38,964 nucleotides of DNA from Sphaeroforma arctica JP610 (Eukaryota), in assembly GCF_001186125.1 (NCBI RefSeq), contig NW_014040350.1:53662-92625 (forward strand), in the 5' to 3' direction. The notes below the pieces were generated by a model, which was given only the letters and a program-made list of their open reading frames with translations, had not been told where the DNA came from and ran no database searches. The position numbers and the translations under genes were made by a program. Numbering within the stretch: position 1 is the first letter of the stretch; each line of letters opens with the position of its first letter. Positions 34,501 through 38,964 of the stretch are shown piece after piece.

Positions 34501-37500
34501 GCAATACACCGCAACAGAAGCATCTCAGCTGCATCCCGGGTCCACTCCGACCCAAACACGACACAGTCGTCCACACTCACGCTATTCGTTCTAGCATACC
34601 ACGTGCTCGCCTTTATCGCAAACTTCTCGTCTTCTAGCACACCCGCAGATATGACTGTCGTGAGCGTCCTTCTTTTTGATAAAGGAGGTGCCAAACTAGT
34701 GTTTGCAACCTCGTTCGTCATATTTATACTAACTTGTTCATCTCCGTCGAATGCGTAATCTTCACTTGAGATAATGGGCAGTGAGAGTGATGGCACATCA
34801 TGCGTTTTTCTAGAGGTAACTGGACTCATTGACAAGGTCTCAGTGATGTCGAGTTTAGACACTTCGAGCACTTCATCAGTGGTACTCACGACCGAATCAA
34901 TTTGGGATAATTCGCCTTCACCTGTGTATTGGCTTTGTTCCAACTGCCCGGGTGTTTCGCTTTGTGGAGTCTCCACCCAGTGCAAGGCTTCTCCAGTCAA
35001 CACAAAGTAGAACTCCTGCCATGCTCGGGAGTCATCTTGAGGTACATCATTGCCTACATACTCACCCGTATACAGTTTCAGCTTGCCCTGTTTTTTGATA
35101 TAGTATATGTTGCATTTATTTTCAGACTATGTATTGCCTTTATCACATTTCGGCTTTTTTTCGAAAACAGAATGAGCACCAAAAGATAGATAACACGCTG
35201 CCACTCACTTCTGGATGAGTGTCAGCATCTGAAAGGAAACATATTGCGCACCTGCTTGACGGCGAAACTAACATCTTCAAGATCGTCCAGGCTCATGGAT
35301 TCACAATTTTCAGATGCTCGTCTATCTGGGCTGTCCCCAGCTTTACTCGCATCCCCAATCTTCTTGTTTTTAATTAAGATTTTGCGCTTGAGCTGCTCGG
35401 GAGATGGCAGTTGCGTACAGTACTCACCCGGCTCAGATCCTACGGAAACAAATTAACAGAACTCAGTTTGGCGACATCGAAAGTCAAATCGGGGAAAGGC
35501 AAACCATATATAGCACACTTGATTGGTTTTTTCTAAGATTTTTACCAAGACTATTGCAGAGCCTGATAGCTAGAGCTGCGAAAAGCCAGCAATAAAGTTG
35601 ACGCGGTACAGCATGCACTTATGTAGTGCCTAGTTCTATACTCCATTCGTACCTTCTTCTTCAAGAGTATCCATGAGCAACAGATGTGACATATGCTTGT
35701 GGAATGTCTCGGCCATAAAGCGCTGTTGCGCTACACTGCAGTGATTTTCTATCGAGATGATCAATGGGTAGTCCGTTGCATCAAAGGCATGTTCCGCTAC
35801 AGCGATTACCACATCCTCGAATAATATTCTGAGAGAAAGTTCATGAATAGGAACAAGTACATCGATTCAGAACAGCTGAGAATTTAATAAAGTTGTATCA
35901 CTTGAAGACATTTTTTAGGTGTTTGTGACGATCATCGAGTGATCGACTCGATACAAGCACTAAGTCAAAACTGCGCTGACATACTTTGTTGTGATCGTGT
36001 ATCCGTGGTAAATGACAGGTTGTCCATTTTTCCCATCCCAACAGTCGAATTCAATGCAACGACATCCTGCTCTCAAAGCTCTAATGTACGCCTCGCACGA
36101 TGACTCACTTTGCAATTGGTCTCCCATCAGATACCTGTGTGTAAGGGTAGTACATTTACGTCACGAATGTAGCGGTGTATTAGCAACAAAATAGATGCAT
36201 CTAACAAAATACCTACTGTTTAGAGATCGTATGGCACGGAGATTCATTCTGTTCATACAGATTGTTATTGACACAAATTTAAGTATGCAGCAAAGCTTGA
36301 ACGGGCAACATCGCGAAATCTGCGATAAAGATTCACACTTAGCATTGGTATAAAAAGCATTTGCTATACATCAAAGATCAATTTCCAAGCAGTTGTCTCT
36401 TACGTGTTATGTGATGAGTTTATGAAGTACTCGTTGATGGGGTGGTGCATATCCATGTGATGGCGTGTGTAGGCTGGATCAAGCAGCGAATTCTCATTTA
36501 TGTTCTTCAGGAAAGCGCTGAACTGAAGTCGGGATAGTCCAGCTGCACCCCCGCACTATAAAAAAACAAGTGTTTTAGGAAGGAGATTATAAGAACTTTA
36601 ACAACTTGCAAACAGATTCGATACTAGTGAAAGGCTACAGACTACAGCTTCAAAGGATGCAGAAGTGATGACCAGTACATGGGTTTAATCTAGAGCAAAC
36701 AGTGTCACACTTCTCATCATCCTTATCACCGGTTGTTACTGGAAGTATAGAGCGAAGAAACAGCCTATTTAACTCATGTACATACCCTCGCTTCGGGGTC
36801 GCCGAAAGTACGGATAATATTCCAGATATATTCATCGTCTTCAGCCTGAGATTCGAGTTGTACCTGAATCAAGAATGACTGCAACTCGCCAAATGGAATC
36901 CATCCCGAATCTGATTCGATTGCTATCCATTCTAAAGCTTGTTCAACTGAGTTGCACGTCACCCATTCGTAATATAAAGCTTCAAAGCCGATTTCGTCCA
37001 CCTATACAAATGAAACGTTTAGATTAAACTATTTGCATTGTCGATGTCACGTATAAAGCAAAAAATAGCTAATAATTGCTTATCAACATAGAAAGTATAT
37101 CAACATCAGTCTGTTGTAATTTTAACCCCGACACTGCACTAGGCGTTCCCAATCAAAATGTCAATTTCATGCAGGAGGCCGAGGTTCATCGAAACATGTC
37201 CTTTACTTCAACTTGAATATTGATCACTTTTACTCGCACACCTTATACTACAGAGTACAGAGTAACAGGGTATAGCAAGTATCAGAACTGGTACATGCGG
37301 TGATTCCAATATCTCATAGACCAACACGTGGAAGCCATAGGCAACATAAAAAGTTTTAGAAGAACAATAATATGACATTTCTCCTCGCCCGATTTCTCGC
37401 ACTTACATCTAGCTGCAGAGATAATCGGTGACAACCTCTTGCATTTTACATACCAGACGCTTATCGTGCGAGGCAGATGGTGAAGTGTGAGTTGCTGGCG

Positions 37501-38757
37501 TGGTCTTGTCGATGGTGTCTTTCAGCGTCTTCATTTTGAGCGGCAGACCCAAGTCCTTCATGCACCTGAATTGTGAATTTCAAATCCAAGTCAGACACCA
37601 ACACCTAGAGCGTGAAGAGCTTTCACCGACAAACAAAGCATTTACTGGCATACTAAGAAAACGCTACCTATTTAAAATAAAAAGTATCAAAGCTTTGAAG
37701 CAACACTTCTGTATATCCATAGCTTGTGTGCATCTATGACTGAATCCCTTCTGTGTCCTGTATCTATACCTCTTCATTCTAGATTCAGCCATCACTTGGG
37801 GAGCCTCAGTCTCAGCGCTTAAGCTCATAGACGACGTACGACTGTTGCTGACACTACCAAACGCTGCACTCCAGCTTTGTTTGAGCCACCGATCTAGAAT
37901 TAGACTGTGTCGCACGTATTTAGGCGCTAAAGCTAGCCGCAAATTTCTGTGAGAAATAGAGAAGACCTGATATGAGTGATCAGCCACTTATTTCTGGTCG
38001 TATGCAACGACGCTGTACATCATCAGTCTCTATGACACCCTTGATCATGTCCGGACATTCTGATATATATAAACACCAAGAGGGTTCCAATATGCTTGTG
38101 GTAGACGAGTCTTATAGACCCGTACAGTAAGCCTAAATTGCCAGATTTTATAGTATTCGCTTTCATGGATGTGCGCGTGCATACCTTATCCATTCTTGAG
38201 CATCGTACGGATGGGCGGCGACGAAACACAGCGCCTTTAGTTTAAAACTACGACCGTACAAAACTGTGAAACTCGACTCTGCCTCCATATGATAATCTGT
38301 GTGGATTCGATCTCGGGGAAATCCCTTGTGGTTCTGACCCGCGCGAATCTCTCTGATTTCGAGCAGAGATACTGATGGAAGTTGCAAAATAATTAATATC
38401 ATTGTGGGTAAATCGCGAGAAGGGAAAAACAATATGGTCAATAAAGTCCAAGAGTATTGCGACGAAACTTCAATGACGGAGTTGAATGGCTGCACTGAGT
38501 CGAATTCACATTGCTTCCTTAAAATTCGGGTGTGGATTACAAAGTATTGCAATATGACACACCAGTAATATCTGGCTTGACTGTAGTAGCATTTGGAGAC
38601 CATAGCTCCAAAGCCCAATCAGTGCGATTGAGTCGACACAGTCGTGGTACGGGTCGCGAGCTTCTTGTTCCTGAAAGCCACAAAAGAAGACCACCCTGTG
38701 TCAGCCATTCGATGCGACTAGCATCTTCAGCTTCTGACTGGCTCTCTGCGGCCCTCC
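28551..38757 (-). CDS. PLCG: Phosphoinositide phospholipase C, gamma-like (PH-EF-X-splitPH/SH2-Y-C2 plus tail), 5'-partial
   Basis: 19 phase-consistent GT-AG exons: 38757-38563, 38371-38185, 37946-37770, 37565-37454, 37001-36786, 36555-36404, 36134-35985, 35828-35653, 35439-35252, 35087-33924, 33759-31982, 31728-31581, 31331-31194, 30987-30819, 30487-30435, 30170-30065, 29930-29824, 29687-29580, 29375-28551. Motifs: [11 protein letters not shown] (gamma-type PH), [103 protein letters not shown]. Confidence 0.95.
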
Positions 38758-38964
38758 CTATTTAGTATGAATGCAAGATACCAGGAATGAGGGGAGAAAA
38801 AAAAAGTTTTCGCTGGTTCACAGTATAGTTCATACTCATACCACTACGAGGACGAAGTCTCAATCCAATGTACATGTATGTACAACTTAAGCAACAAGTA
38901 ATTCTGCCATCTGTATTTGCAATTCGACATTACGAAGAATGTCCGCCTGTTATTTATATACATA

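Noticed and set aside
32051..35010. Plus-strand ORFs over PLCG (and those antisense to the MFS and DUF4832 genes)
   Set aside because: They are antisense shadows of genuine coding sequence.

Overview
Intron-rich eukaryotic genomic DNA with three N gaps. The PLC-gamma-type gene with an SH2 domain points to a holozoan, plausibly a unicellular one such as an ichthyosporean (inference). Host genes flank the window: a spliced CaMKK/SAK-type kinase (+, 1499-4248), an intronless UNC-93-like MFS transporter (-, 5196-6698), and a 19-exon, ~2050-codon PLC-gamma-like gene (-, 28551-38757, 5' end outside the window) with a split PH domain but only one SH2 and no recognisable SH3. Between them (~7-28 kb) is a decayed accessory island. 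It holds a frameshifted, intronless, giant-virus-like locus of four copies of an unnamed ~110-130 aa repeat followed by a clan CE (Ulp1/adenain-like) cysteine peptidase, and the 3' half of a phospholipase B-like gene. It also holds a GPI-tailed ORF with a viral fibre-like motif, a frameshifted bacterial-type DUF4832 gene, a mimivirus Bro-N/T5orf172-like ORF running into a fold-back A-tract satellite, a LINE remnant ending in telomere-like repeats between two minisatellites, and two decayed Ty3/Gypsy elements. Family assignments come from motif recognition by eye; no database searches were run.
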